Below are positions 9,105 to 18,278 of a DNA stretch of 48,258 bases, in pieces. The notes beneath the pieces were generated by a model. The model saw only the letters and a program-made list of their open reading frames with translations, searched no databases and had not been told where the DNA came from. The stretch is from the IMG/VR virus record IMGVR_UViG_3300048576_000589, positions 1-48,258 of that record. One strand, 5' to 3'. Within the stretch, counting starts at the first letter, position 1, and each line of letters opens with the position of its first letter. This DNA comes from a virus. Lineage: Duplodnaviria > Caudoviricetes. A program made the position numbers and the translations under genes.

Positions 9105-10178
9105 ATGGATGAGAAGAATATGATCGGATACTTCCCTCACGACAGTAACGCAAGGGGAGATGAGAAGCTAATAGCACTAAGAATAAAGCATGATTGGGCT
9201 GGCTATGGTATTTACTGGGCTTTAATTGAAAAATTAAGGGATGCTTCTGGCTATAAGTTGGCCGCTAACTACGATGTTATTGCCTATGACCTTCGCGCCG
9301 ACCAAGAACTTATAAGGAGCATTATATGCGATTTTGGGTTGTTTTGCTTTACTGATGATAAAAAGTTCTTCTTCTCTGAGTCTTTGTTGCATAGGATGTC
9401 AAAGAGGGATGAGAAGCTAAAAAAGATGTCGGAGGCAGGTAGGCGAGGCAACGAGAAAAGGTGGGGGGAGAAAAATAATACAAAAGATGGTAAAAGCGAC
9501 CCAAACGATACCCACCCCATCACTACCCCATCACTACCCCATCACACCTCAATCACAAGTATAGTAGAGAAGAGTAGAGAAGAGGAAAGTAGAGAAGAGA
9601 AAAATAATACAAAAGATGGTAAAAGCGACCCAAATGATACCCACCCCATCACTACCCCATCACTACCCCATCACACCCCAATCACAAGTATAGTAGAGAA
9701 GAGTAGAGAAGAGGAAAGTAGAGAAGAGAAAAATGAAGATGTTGAAGAAATAAAAACTTCTACCTCTTCGGTAGAAGAAAATTCTACTACGCCAACACCG
9801 ACACCATCGCCTGCTATTATCCATCCAGAATACAAGCCTAAAGCGCATCTGCCAACGGTAGACATCATGCGAGAAGTTTTAAAGGAGACAAGCGACGAAC
9901 GCTACTGGATCAGTGCTGTGGCCACCCAGCACCACCTAAGCGAGAATCAGGTGAGGGATTTAGTATCGAAGTTCGTGGTACACCTAGCCTCAGACGGGGT
10001 AACTCAGAAGAGTATGGACGACTTCAAAAAGCACTTCAATGCTTGGATCAGGAAGAGGGCAGAGCTTAGTGAAACAGCCATCGGCTCGGAGATAAAACAA
10101 ATAAACAATACAAGTCCTAGCAGCAGGGAGAAGATTGAGAAGATGAAGGAGCTGCGAAAGAATTTCAATTTTGGCTAA
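9105..10178 (+). CDS. Replication initiator, DUF4373/Lin1244-like N-terminus
   Basis: YFPHDSNARGDEKL...GYGIYWALIEKL; directly upstream of DnaB; internal iteron-like repeats. Confidence 0.85.
   Translation: MDEKNMIGYFPHDSNARGDEKLIALRIKHDWAGYGIYWALIEKLRDASGYKLAANYDVIAYDLRADQELIRSIICDFGLFCFTDDKKFFFSESLLHRMSKRDEKLKKMSEAGRRGNEKRWGEKNNTKDGKSDPNDTHPITTPSLPHHTSITSIVEKSREEESREEKNNTKDGKSDPNDTHPITTPSLPHHTPITSIVEKSREEESREEKNEDVEEIKTSTSSVEENSTTPTPTPSPAIIHPEYKPKAHLPTVDIMREVLKETSDERYWISAVATQHHLSENQVRDLVSKFVVHLASDGVTQKSMDDFKKHFNAWIRKRAELSETAIGSEIKQINNTSPSSREKIEKMKELRKNFNFG
9468..9734 (+). repeat. 129-bp tandem duplication containing 11-bp iteron-like repeats (putative origin)
   Basis: 9468-9596 vs 9597-9725 differ at two positions; each has ACCCCATCACT x3 (third copy lacks the final T) and AGTAGAGAAGAG purine tracts. 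Confidence 0.9.
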
Positions 10179-10259
10179 AGAGGCTCGATTTTAAGCTAAG
10201 CCGAATAATTCGATAGGAAGTGCGATAAAACTTAAGAAACTTAATCAGGAGCAGAAAAA

Positions 10260-11804
10260 ATGGGTAATGCGGGTAAAAATAGCGATATAGTTCCAGCGAA
10301 AGGAAGCGGAGAGGTTATTCTGCTTAGGCCAACGGCAGCAGATGTAAAGTGCGCCAGCGACCTCATCGCGTCGATGATATCTAACCGCGACGTTATTCCC
10401 ATCGTTGAGCCGATCCTTAGCCGGGAGATGTTCACAGAGGAGAAGCATCAGGCATGCTACGATACCATCATGAGCATCTACAGCAAAGGCGACAACGTAG
10501 ATTTGGTATCAGTTACCTACGGGCTACAGGCTAAAGGGTTTGACGGGCAGGAGATGCTGAAATACCTAACCAAGCTGACGTTATACGCTGGCTCGGGCGT
10601 TTTCGCAGAACGATGGGCGATGCAGCTGGCGGACGGGTACATGCGGAGAGAGCTGAACAAACTTTCCGTGGAGATGGTGGGAAAAACGGCAGACCTGTCC
10701 AACGACACGGACGATCTGATCTGCTACCAGTCGGCGAGGGTGGAGGATATCATTTCACACGCGATGCTGGACGTGGAGGTTGCACCAATCGAGCAGGTTA
10801 CTGATGAGTCCTTGAGGCTTACCAAGGAGCGAATCGAGGCGCGGCTAAAGGGTAAGCCTTCGGGTATGGAGACGGGGATTGAGGACTTGGATACGCTTTT
10901 AGGCGGGGTAAAGAAGAAGAAGCTGTACATCTTTGCAGGTCGCCCAGGCATGGGGAAAACGTCGGTGCTGATTGCCGCCGGAAAGAACGTTGCCAAGAGG
11001 GGGGGTAGGGTTATGATTTGCTCGCTGGAAATGACCAAGGAGGAGATCGCCGACAAGATGATCCTTTCCGAGTGTGACGTGGACTCGGAGCGGTACCGCG
11101 ATGGGTTCCTCAACAAGCAGGAGCTACAGGAGCTAGAGCAGGCCAAGCAGCGGGTGGATGCCCTAAAGGTATACATCGACGATAAGACCGGGCTCACCAC
11201 GCGAAAGCTCAGAAGCAAGCTTGCGCTAAGGAAGCGAAAGGGAGGGGTGGACATGCTGATAATCGACTACATCCAGCTGATGGTATCATCGGAAAAGAAG
11301 GGCAACAGGGAACAGGAGGTTTCCGAGATAACGCGAGACCTAAAATCCATAAGCAAGGACTACGATATTGCGGTTATTGCGCTTTCGCAGCTTAACCGCG
11401 AGGTGGAGAAGCGACCCGGAAAGATACCTCAGCTGTCCGACCTTCGCGAGTCAGGATCAATCGAGCAGGATGCCGACCTTGTTGGATTCCTGTACCGACC
11501 CGAGTACTACCACATGGAGAGCTTCCCCAACGACCCCATGCAGTCAACGAATGGTATAGGGCAGATCATCGTTGCCAAGCATCGTGGCGGTAGCGTTGGC
11601 GAGGCCTACTTCAGCTACGACCCTCCGATGAACAAGATTGGAACGCCAAAGAACGCAATGGACGATTTCGAAAAGCAGGACGGTAGCTACAAGTGCGAGG
11701 TTCAGGTTCTGGGGTCGCTCAAGGAGCTAAACGAAAAAGAGCATGAGCAAGCGAATGTGTACAATGAAAAGGAAGGTTTCGAGGGTGCAGATGTGCCATT
11801 TTAG
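10260..11804 (+). CDS. dnaB: Replicative DNA helicase
   Basis: AGRPGMGKT, SLEM, IIDYIQL, LSQLNR, SDLRESGSIEQDAD, IVAKHRGG. Confidence 0.95.
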   Translation: MGNAGKNSDIVPAKGSGEVILLRPTAADVKCASDLIASMISNRDVIPIVEPILSREMFTEEKHQACYDTIMSIYSKGDNVDLVSVTYGLQAKGFDGQEMLKYLTKLTLYAGSGVFAERWAMQLADGYMRRELNKLSVEMVGKTADLSNDTDDLICYQSARVEDIISHAMLDVEVAPIEQVTDESLRLTKERIEARLKGKPSGMETGIEDLDTLLGGVKKKKLYIFAGRPGMGKTSVLIAAGKNVAKRGGRVMICSLEMTKEEIADKMILSECDVDSERYRDGFLNKQELQELEQAKQRVDALKVYIDDKTGLTTRKLRSKLALRKRKGGVDMLIIDYIQLMVSSEKKGNREQEVSEITRDLKSISKDYDIAVIALSQLNREVEKRPGKIPQLSDLRESGSIEQDADLVGFLYRPEYYHMESFPNDPMQSTNGIGQIIVAKHRGGSVGEAYFSYDPPMNKIGTPKNAMDDFEKQDGSYKCEVQVLGSLKELNEKEHEQANVYNEKEGFEGADVPF

Positions 11805-11955
11805 CCGCGATAGGGCGGTGGAGCTGAGCGGCAAGGTTGCGAGGCTGAATCGGGAGGGTATGATCGGGAAGCGTCAGGCAAATGAAGCGATTCTGAGGTA
11901 CATGCTAAGAGTGAATAGGCTTAAATGTGAAATAACTCTAAAATGCAGAAAATAA
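11791..11955 (+). CDS. Short hypothetical protein
   Basis: ATG 11791 overlapping the dnaB end; 54 aa. Confidence 0.4.
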   Translation: MCHFSRDRAVELSGKVARLNREGMIGKRQANEAILRYMLRVNRLKCEITLKCRK

Positions 11956-12026
11956 ACGGCTTGAATATTCCTTTACTTTAAAATAATAACTATATTTATA
12001 TCAATAAACTGTTTGAAAAACAAACA
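11945..12026 (+). promoter_or_regulatory. Promoter cassette: TATATTTA (11991-11998) with downstream palindrome (12010-12026)
   Basis: GCAGAAAATAAACG...AATAACTATATTTATA...TGTTTGAAAAACAAACA. Confidence 0.75.
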
Positions 12027-12041
12027 CTAATTATCAAGAGC

Positions 12042-12275
12042 ATGGAACGAAAAGAGCTTATCATAGACTTAGGGTACATCGGTCATAAGGCCGAAAAGCT
12101 TCAGGGTTTATTTGAAGGGTACTCCTACGAGCCAAACGAGAACGGCTACTTCTTGCTATTTAGTAACAACACCTCGATGGTGGTTAACCAAGGGGTTAGA
12201 TGCTGGACCAACTGCTTTGAGAGCGAGGAGGAGTTTAGGAAGGTCTTACTGAGCAAGCTTCTTTTTAGTCTTTAA
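12042..12275 (+). CDS. Hypothetical protein
   Basis: 77 aa ORF following promoter cassette. Confidence 0.7.
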   Translation: MERKELIIDLGYIGHKAEKLQGLFEGYSYEPNENGYFLLFSNNTSMVVNQGVRCWTNCFESEEEFRKVLLSKLLFSL

Positions 12276-12278
12276 AAA

Positions 12279-12295
12279 TGTTTGAAATACAAACA
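12279..12295. promoter_or_regulatory. Palindrome copy
   Basis: TGTTTGAAATACAAACA. Confidence 0.75.
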
Positions 12296-12303
12296 CAAAC
12301 GCG

Positions 12304-12747
12304 ATGAAAACACTTCAGCAGCAGGAGGAGGCAACCATCCTAACGGGTTTAGGGTACTCGGTTACGGAGAGTTCGGAAGGAGTGGTGTGGGTAAACTACC
12401 AATGGGAGTCGCTGAGAAACTTTGAGATGCAGGAATGTGTTAGGTACATATACGAATCCTTCTACGGAAGGAGGCAAAAGGACACGGCGATTAGCCAGTT
12501 CCAATGGGATGCAGCCCTACAGCTCCACCTGTTCGACTACCTAGAGCAGAACTACGGATGTACCATTGAAAGCCACTACGACAGCTGTAAAATTAGCTGC
12601 AGGCATGGGTTTGTAGAGCGCATGAGCTGCAATAGAACAGAGGCATGTTACCGGGCAATTGTTGCCTTCTTTACGGATTACGGGAGCAATTTTGAATCGA
12701 TGAAAACCAAAACTTTGAATCATCATGAGGGTGAATGTTGCCATTAG
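12304..12747 (+). CDS. Hypothetical protein
   Basis: 147 aa ORF in co-directional run. Confidence 0.65.
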   Translation: MKTLQQQEEATILTGLGYSVTESSEGVVWVNYQWESLRNFEMQECVRYIYESFYGRRQKDTAISQFQWDAALQLHLFDYLEQNYGCTIESHYDSCKISCRHGFVERMSCNRTEACYRAIVAFFTDYGSNFESMKTKTLNHHEGECCH

Positions 12748-12985
12748 GAAGGAGAAGTACGATCTCATCACGCTAGGCATGAACAGCTTTGGGTTTATGC
12801 TGGCAGCAGGTGAGAGCGTTACAGGGGTGGAGTTTGCAACAAGAATAGCCAACACCTACGGTATAAGCAAGGTACACGGCGATTTGAGGACTAAAAGCAT
12901 GTACGATATTATTTACAACAACGTTCACACGGTTGAGCGGGCTTCCAACGGAACGTTCACGGTAATCGTGGATTGGAAGAGTTAA
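12725..12985 (+). CDS. Hypothetical protein
   Basis: 86 aa ORF overlapping previous stop. Confidence 0.65.
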   Translation: MRVNVAIRKEKYDLITLGMNSFGFMLAAGESVTGVEFATRIANTYGISKVHGDLRTKSMYDIIYNNVHTVERASNGTFTVIVDWKS

Positions 12986-12998
12986 ACAACGCAGAACT

Positions 12999-13340
12999 AT
13001 GGGATTTACGGCAAGAATGAAGGTTCCAAGGAACTACAAGCAGCGAAGGGTGCTTAACCCTTCCATCAACAGCGATCTGGAGCAGGCGTTTATCCACGTG
13101 AAGGAGCAGACGGGTATCGTTCCATTCATGCTGGAGGTTGGGCTGGTGGATGGTTGCCGGCACGAGCTGGAGAAGATACTAGGCTTTCAGATTGTTATCG
13201 AATCGGAGCTGGGTCATGAGCAGCTGTCGAAGTCAAGCTACCGGGAGCACATCAACAGCAACGAGCCAAAGATGGCCGCAACGGCGGTAATGGTTGGGCT
13301 GTGCATCAAGCATAGGGTTGACCTAGAACTATCGTATTGA
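12999..13340 (+). CDS. Hypothetical protein
   Basis: 113 aa ORF. Confidence 0.65.
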   Translation: MGFTARMKVPRNYKQRRVLNPSINSDLEQAFIHVKEQTGIVPFMLEVGLVDGCRHELEKILGFQIVIESELGHEQLSKSSYREHINSNEPKMAATAVMVGLCIKHRVDLELSY

Positions 13341-13361
13341 AACTTTACAAAATAGAGCGAG

Positions 13362-13583
13362 ATGGAACAAAAAATCAAAGCCGTAGAAAAAGGATGGGGA
13401 GAAAATTCAACCTTTTTCTCAACAGGTAAAGGTATTTCTGAAACACTTAGAGTTGATGAAATAAAAGAGGAATCAAAACAGATTAGTTCTGACTGTATTA
13501 TTAATGTTTACCGTGGATATAAGGACGGGAAACTTGTATTTGAAATGGGCGCAAGCATAGATGTTACAGTGTCATTTTATTAA
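13362..13583 (+). CDS. Hypothetical protein
   Basis: 73 aa AT-rich ORF. Confidence 0.65.
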   Translation: MEQKIKAVEKGWGENSTFFSTGKGISETLRVDEIKEESKQISSDCIINVYRGYKDGKLVFEMGASIDVTVSFY

Positions 13584-13606
13584 CTACTAATCTAAACCTT
13601 TCAGAT

Positions 13607-13834
13607 ATGGAAAAGAGTAAGCTATCGCAGAACGATCAGATTCTAACCCACCTTCTGGCGGGTGAGCGGATAACCCCCATGGAGGCGCTGGTAGAGTTCG
13701 GGTGCTTCAGGTTGGGTGCTCGGATTTACGACCTGAAAAACGATAGGGGTATTCCCATCGAATCGCGAATGGTCAAAAGGGGTGGGAAGCGTTATGCGGA
13801 GTACTACATAAAGAGTGAGGTTTGCGTAAACTAA
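13607..13834 (+). CDS. Winged-HTH protein (HTH_39-like)
   Basis: ILTHLLAGERITPMEALVEFGCFRLGARIYDL. Confidence 0.8.
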   Translation: MEKSKLSQNDQILTHLLAGERITPMEALVEFGCFRLGARIYDLKNDRGIPIESRMVKRGGKRYAEYYIKSEVCVN

Positions 13835-13847
13835 AACTTAGATAGCA

Positions 13848-14078
13848 ATGAACGGGATTGAGTTAAAGATATTTGTGTTTTGGATGGTGTTTACCTCCAT
13901 CCTTTGGGTAACGACAAAATTCCACTACGCGTTTACTGATACGCACCTCAACTGGAAAACATTTAAAGATGAGTTCAGCCTATTTGGTGCTATGCACGGC
14001 GTTTGCCTCTACATAGGGTGTGTTGTAATAGCCGTATACCTGATAGTTAAGGCTGCGATGTGGTGGTTTTTGAGGTAG
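13848..14078 (+). CDS. Small membrane protein (two hydrophobic segments)
   Basis: IFVFWMVFTSILWV and VCLYIGCVVIAVYLIV. Confidence 0.65.
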   Translation: MNGIELKIFVFWMVFTSILWVTTKFHYAFTDTHLNWKTFKDEFSLFGAMHGVCLYIGCVVIAVYLIVKAAMWWFLR

Positions 14079-14105
14079 TTGGTTTTAATTTCAAAATAAA
14101 TTAGA

Positions 14106-14828
14106 ATGACAAATATATTTCAAGGCAATGATTTAATAATAAAAACCATTGCTAAAACTCTTGGATATAGCGAGGAGCAGGAATATTCATCTTTTACCGA
14201 GGATATATATTTTCAAGCATTCTTTTATTTATCAAAACGATTTGGAGAACCATCTCGTTTTGATGATTACAAAGAGGCTGGGGCATGGAGATTTAAAGTG
14301 AAGAACTATATTATTGATGTAAGACTTAATAGTTTGTGGGTTGAATTTATTGTTTACGGTAAAATTGGTAATCATGAATTAAATAGCCCTTATATAGTGA
14401 AAGCAATAAGGGAAAAGAGAAAAAAAGAAAAGTTGTTGTTGAATGAATATGGAAAATGGAATGAAACTGAAACGATTATAGTGCGGAATTTATTTTCTGA
14501 GTTTCTACTTGAAAATAAGATTGATGAATCAATGGAACAAGATGTTTTCGATAAAGAATACAGTATGAAATGGTTTGAATATGTTTGTTCCTACAATATA
14601 AAGATATTGGATGTTGATTTTGATGAAATAGTAAAAAAATATGGACATTCATATCAAAACTCATACACAAGACATGCTCTTAAAACATTAAGTCAATTTA
14701 TTAATAATCTACTCACTCCTATTTGGATTAGAGACGTTCCTTATAACTTGAAAGGTCAGATAAAGGATAAGGATTTACATTTATACGAACGATATCAAGA
14801 CAACATTAAGATAGAGTTTCAATCGTGA
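14106..14828 (+). CDS. Hypothetical protein, AT-rich
   Basis: 240 aa ORF, visibly more AT-rich than flanks. Confidence 0.75.
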   Translation: MTNIFQGNDLIIKTIAKTLGYSEEQEYSSFTEDIYFQAFFYLSKRFGEPSRFDDYKEAGAWRFKVKNYIIDVRLNSLWVEFIVYGKIGNHELNSPYIVKAIREKRKKEKLLLNEYGKWNETETIIVRNLFSEFLLENKIDESMEQDVFDKEYSMKWFEYVCSYNIKILDVDFDEIVKKYGHSYQNSYTRHALKTLSQFINNLLTPIWIRDVPYNLKGQIKDKDLHLYERYQDNIKIEFQS

Positions 14829-14865
14829 GTAAATAAAGTTCGAGGGAATGTAATAATTGAAAGTT

Positions 14866-15186
14866 ATGGCAAGTAAACAGTATAAAAACAAGCTTATAAG
14901 CGACTACGAACAGGCATGCAATGAGATTGCTGTCCTGTTTGCCAACAAGCAGGGGCTTAAGTTCGAGGGATGGGTTGCGGACGAAGTCGGAAGCATAGGC
15001 GACTTTAGCGGGATGTACTATTTCAGCATTAGTGAAATGGTGCTCGATATCAGAACCAACCAGCCAAAAGGCTTAATCACGCAGTGGCAGGATGATAATG
15101 TGGAGCATGAGCAGAACTTTATCAACTACTATAGCTATACGAAGGGTTTGAGGCATAAGGATGTAGCGATAACGGTGGCGGTATGA
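14866..15186 (+). CDS. Hypothetical phage protein
   Basis: ATG 14866 (MASKQY); 3' end runs into the attC-like element. Confidence 0.7.
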   Translation: MASKQYKNKLISDYEQACNEIAVLFANKQGLKFEGWVADEVGSIGDFSGMYYFSISEMVLDIRTNQPKGLITQWQDDNVEHEQNFINYYSYTKGLRHKDVAITVAV

Positions 15187-15296
15187 AATCGAAGCGGATT
15201 GCGAGTGATGAATTGTCAACATACACCGAAGTTAAAACGGGAAACAAAGCCCCAAAATAGCACTGAAACCGCTTTGTTTTATACCGTGTGTTATGG
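15167..15296. other. attC-like imperfect inverted repeat (putative cassette recombination site)
   Basis: CGATAAC-GGTGG-CGGTATGAAA-TC-GAAGCGG ... CCGCTTT-G-TTTTATACCG-TGT-GTTATGG. Confidence 0.6.
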
Positions 15297-15667
15297 TTTC
15301 GTGCTTTATTAATCATATTGTTAAACTAATAAATAACGAACAATGAGTACAAGAGCAAACATTAAATTTCAAGACGGTGAAGATTTTATTCACATTGATC
15401 GAAGCCATGACGGATTCCCTGAAAACATTTTAGCAGACATTAAAGAAACCATTGATTTGTGTAAAAATCGGTGGAGTGGTGCTGAATTAGGTCAATTAGT
15501 ATCTGCATTTTTAGGAATGCACTTTGATAAAAACACAAGGATTCAAAGTTATGAACCATGCATAGGCTACAACAAAGCAGGAGATGAAAGTTACTGTTAT
15601 TATGTAATATGGAATAGTCAAAAAAGAGAGTATGAATACGGTGTGCTGTCTTAGCATGAACCATAAC
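15290..15667 (+). mobile_element. Putative integron-style gene cassette
   Basis: Single ORF framed by GTTATGGTTTCGTGCT (15290-15305) and AGCATGAACCATAAC (15653-15667), near reverse complements. Confidence 0.55.
15343..15654 (+). CDS. Hypothetical protein (cassette cargo)
   Basis: 103 aa, MSTRANI...RSHDGFP; AT-rich. Confidence 0.75.
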   Translation: MSTRANIKFQDGEDFIHIDRSHDGFPENILADIKETIDLCKNRWSGAELGQLVSAFLGMHFDKNTRIQSYEPCIGYNKAGDESYCYYVIWNSQKREYEYGVLS

Positions 15668-15680
15668 TAGATAATAGAAC

Positions 15681-16118
15681 ATGGAAGCACTTTCAGTAGA
15701 CGAGTGGAATAAGCTCATAGCAAAGGCCAACGGAGAGGGGAAGAAGAAGCGTAAGCCATCCCGTAAGCTGGAGGCAAAGCTCCAGAAGTCATGCGTAAGG
15801 TGGTTTAGGATGCAGTACCCGAGCATTGAGCCGCTGCTCTTTGCGGTTCCCAACGGCGGTAGCCGAAACGAAATCGAGGCGGCAGAGCTGAAGCGTCAGG
15901 GCGTTACGCCGGGAGTTTCCGATCTAATCCTTCTGGTGCGATCAAAAACGGGTAAATACCCAAGCCTTTGCATCGAGATGAAGGCAGAGGATGGTAGTCA
16001 GTCGGAGAACCAGGAGAAATGGCAGCGCTCATGCGAGGCTGCTGGAAACCGATACGTGGTGTGCCGAACCTTGGATAGCTTCATGGAGGAGGTTAACGCT
16101 TACCTTAAAAATGTTTGA
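15681..16118 (+). CDS. VRR-NUC domain nuclease (Holliday junction resolvase-like)
   Basis: EAKLQ...AVPNGG...GVTPGVSDL...IEMK...SQSENQ. Confidence 0.9.
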   Translation: MEALSVDEWNKLIAKANGEGKKKRKPSRKLEAKLQKSCVRWFRMQYPSIEPLLFAVPNGGSRNEIEAAELKRQGVTPGVSDLILLVRSKTGKYPSLCIEMKAEDGSQSENQEKWQRSCEAAGNRYVVCRTLDSFMEEVNAYLKNV

Positions 16119-16128
16119 AATACAAACA
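16112..16128. promoter_or_regulatory. Palindrome copy
   Basis: TGTTTGAAATACAAACA overlapping the VRR-NUC stop. Confidence 0.75.
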
Positions 16129-16149
16129 TCAAGTTAAAATTGTTAAATC

Positions 16150-16228
16150 GCAGAAAATAAGCGGTGTACAATTGTATTATAACAATATAATAACTATATT
16201 TACATATAGGATGTTTGAAAAACAAACA
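16150..16228 (+). promoter_or_regulatory. Promoter cassette: TATATTTA (16195-16202) with downstream palindrome (16212-16228)
   Basis: GCAGAAAATAAGCG...AATATAATAACTATATTTACA...TGTTTGAAAAACAAACA. Confidence 0.75.
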
Positions 16229-16243
16229 CAAAACTCACAAAGC

Positions 16244-16453
16244 ATGAGAACAAATGTAAAAACAGTGAAAATAACCATTCCAAACGAAGTTGTTTTAAAA
16301 CGAGTAAATACTACTCCTGCTCTAAAAAGATTATCAAGGATCAATTTGGTGGTTGGAGATAATTTTGAAAATGTAAATCACTATCAATATAGTGAAATGC
16401 AAAGAATGTATCCAGTTTTAGGAATAGAAGTAATTGAATATATGACCAAATAG
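16244..16453 (+). CDS. Hypothetical protein
   Basis: ATG 16244 after the promoter cassette; the longer ORF call reads through regulatory DNA. Confidence 0.6.
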   Translation: MRTNVKTVKITIPNEVVLKRVNTTPALKRLSRINLVVGDNFENVNHYQYSEMQRMYPVLGIEVIEYMTK

Positions 16454-16479
16454 CGTTGCAGTATAAAACTCATAAAACG

Positions 16480-17571
16480 ATGGAAACAAACTTTCAAATA
16501 GGACAAAAGGTAGCCGTAGACATCAGCTACGGAACAAAGCATGAAGGCTTTATTACAAAACTCGATTCAGGGCATCCGCTTTACGATATTTCTAAGGTAA
16601 AGGTAAGCGGGATTGCAGACCCCGTTAGCCGTGAACTGGTTTCCCCATTAGAGGGGTGGGTTTCTATTGAGGGTCTTTACAAGGCCGCTAAGGATGCCTA
16701 CTCTGGCATTTCGTTTAGCCCAGAAGAAAGGGCAGAAGGATTTGTTAGGGGATGCGAGGAGGAACTCAACAACGACATTAAGGATATGCCAGCAGAGGAG
16801 CGTGGCCGATATATTGACAGCTACAAAAAATACCTCTTTGCCTGGCTATCGGCCAAGAGTCGGTGCTTATCGACCATGATCGCCGGACCATCCAACTTTC
16901 CTGTGCGGAAAGCGGAGAAGGCCAACCAGTCCGAGCATAACCGAATGACCGATTTTGTGGAGTGGCGGGAAAGGGCAATTAACGCCATTAGGTCAAGAGC
17001 GATAGCAGCAGCGGAGGCGGCAAAGTCACCCGAGCAGAGGATTGACGAGCGGTTTGAGAAGATAAAAAGCGGGATTGAGTGTCACGCCCAAACGATCATT
17101 GGTATTGACAGGGGAGAGAATAGGGGCTGCTCTAGGCCGCTGTTCGTAAATGCGATTGTTGGCACCATCAAAACGCTGGCAAAAAACGGGGAGTCGGAGC
17201 TGGTTGGCAGGTGCCTTGAGCTGGTTGCGGAGATCAACGAGAGCGAGGCAGCGATTAAGCCAATCATAACCAAGAATCATTCGGTTTGGGCGCTGCTCAA
17301 CAAGGCCGTAGAGAATTACCAAAAGATGGAGGATTACAGCAGCAAGGAGAGCAAGGAGGAAACCATCAACGGCGTTCGCGTGGTTCGAAACTTTCAGGCC
17401 GACCGACTGCAGCTCTTTTTTGACGGTAAGCCAGCAGCGGAAATGATCGCCAAGCTGAAGAAAGCTGCGTTTAGATGGTCTCCATCTCAGGGATGCTGGC
17501 AGCGACAGCTAACCCTTAACGCCATATCCGCAATGCGGGGTGTGCTGAATGCCGCGAATCAATGTGTTTAG
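16480..17571 (+). CDS. Conserved phage/MGE early protein of unknown function
   Basis: STMIAGPSNFP and LQLFFDGKP...FRWSPSQGCWQR motifs recur in mobile-element early proteins. Confidence 0.75.
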   Translation: METNFQIGQKVAVDISYGTKHEGFITKLDSGHPLYDISKVKVSGIADPVSRELVSPLEGWVSIEGLYKAAKDAYSGISFSPEERAEGFVRGCEEELNNDIKDMPAEERGRYIDSYKKYLFAWLSAKSRCLSTMIAGPSNFPVRKAEKANQSEHNRMTDFVEWRERAINAIRSRAIAAAEAAKSPEQRIDERFEKIKSGIECHAQTIIGIDRGENRGCSRPLFVNAIVGTIKTLAKNGESELVGRCLELVAEINESEAAIKPIITKNHSVWALLNKAVENYQKMEDYSSKESKEETINGVRVVRNFQADRLQLFFDGKPAAEMIAKLKKAAFRWSPSQGCWQRQLTLNAISAMRGVLNAANQCV

Positions 17572-17597
17572 AACTCAAACAGGAATAACAATAAGCC

Positions 17598-18278
17598 ATG
17601 AGTAAGCAGTACGATGTTAAGCGGCTATCCAACGAGAACAGGGGATATGCTGGAAGAATAACAGAAAAGGATGTTCAGCGGGTAAACGACCTTATCCGGG
17701 AGATAGAGGCAAGAAGCCAAACGCCAACGGCTGGGGATACCATACAGCTAACCACCAAGCACGGTGACTACCGACCAAGCGCGATCATCGAGAGTATGGA
17801 TGATGGTCAGTGCTCGGTTTGTGAATGCCCTTCATCGCCGTTCATCTCAGCGTACACGGCGGCAGATGGGGGTGTCGTTGAGGCTTCGGGTGGCCCATGG
17901 ACGAGCCTATCAAAGGAAGAGTTGAAGTATATCGGAAAGGAGAGTCGGGCCTTCTGGGTTTGGGGCTCGAATGGTCCAGGCGCGAACTGCGGACTTTACT
18001 TCACCGCAGATGTGAACCTTTGGGAGTGGAGCGATCCTGAGCCGCTTTACGATGGGTACTCAACCAAGGAGTACAGGAAGATGTACGTTACCCGATGGAC
18101 GGATACCATGATGGAGAGCAACAGCAGCGAGTACCGATACCATGGAGAGTACATGGCTTGGAAGTCGGACGAGGAGTTCGAGCGCTTCGTTAGGGAGCAT
18201 CAGGGAACGCTATTCGGCGGGGCATACGATAACAGTAGTATTAAGTCATTTGTGCTATTCTACAAGCAAAAACAATGA
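17598..18278 (+). CDS. DUF4121-like protein
   Basis: PTAGD, ASGGPW, FWVWGSNGPGANCGLYFTADVNLWEW. Confidence 0.7.
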   Translation: MSKQYDVKRLSNENRGYAGRITEKDVQRVNDLIREIEARSQTPTAGDTIQLTTKHGDYRPSAIIESMDDGQCSVCECPSSPFISAYTAADGGVVEASGGPWTSLSKEELKYIGKESRAFWVWGSNGPGANCGLYFTADVNLWEWSDPEPLYDGYSTKEYRKMYVTRWTDTMMESNSSEYRYHGEYMAWKSDEEFERFVREHQGTLFGGAYDNSSIKSFVLFYKQKQ

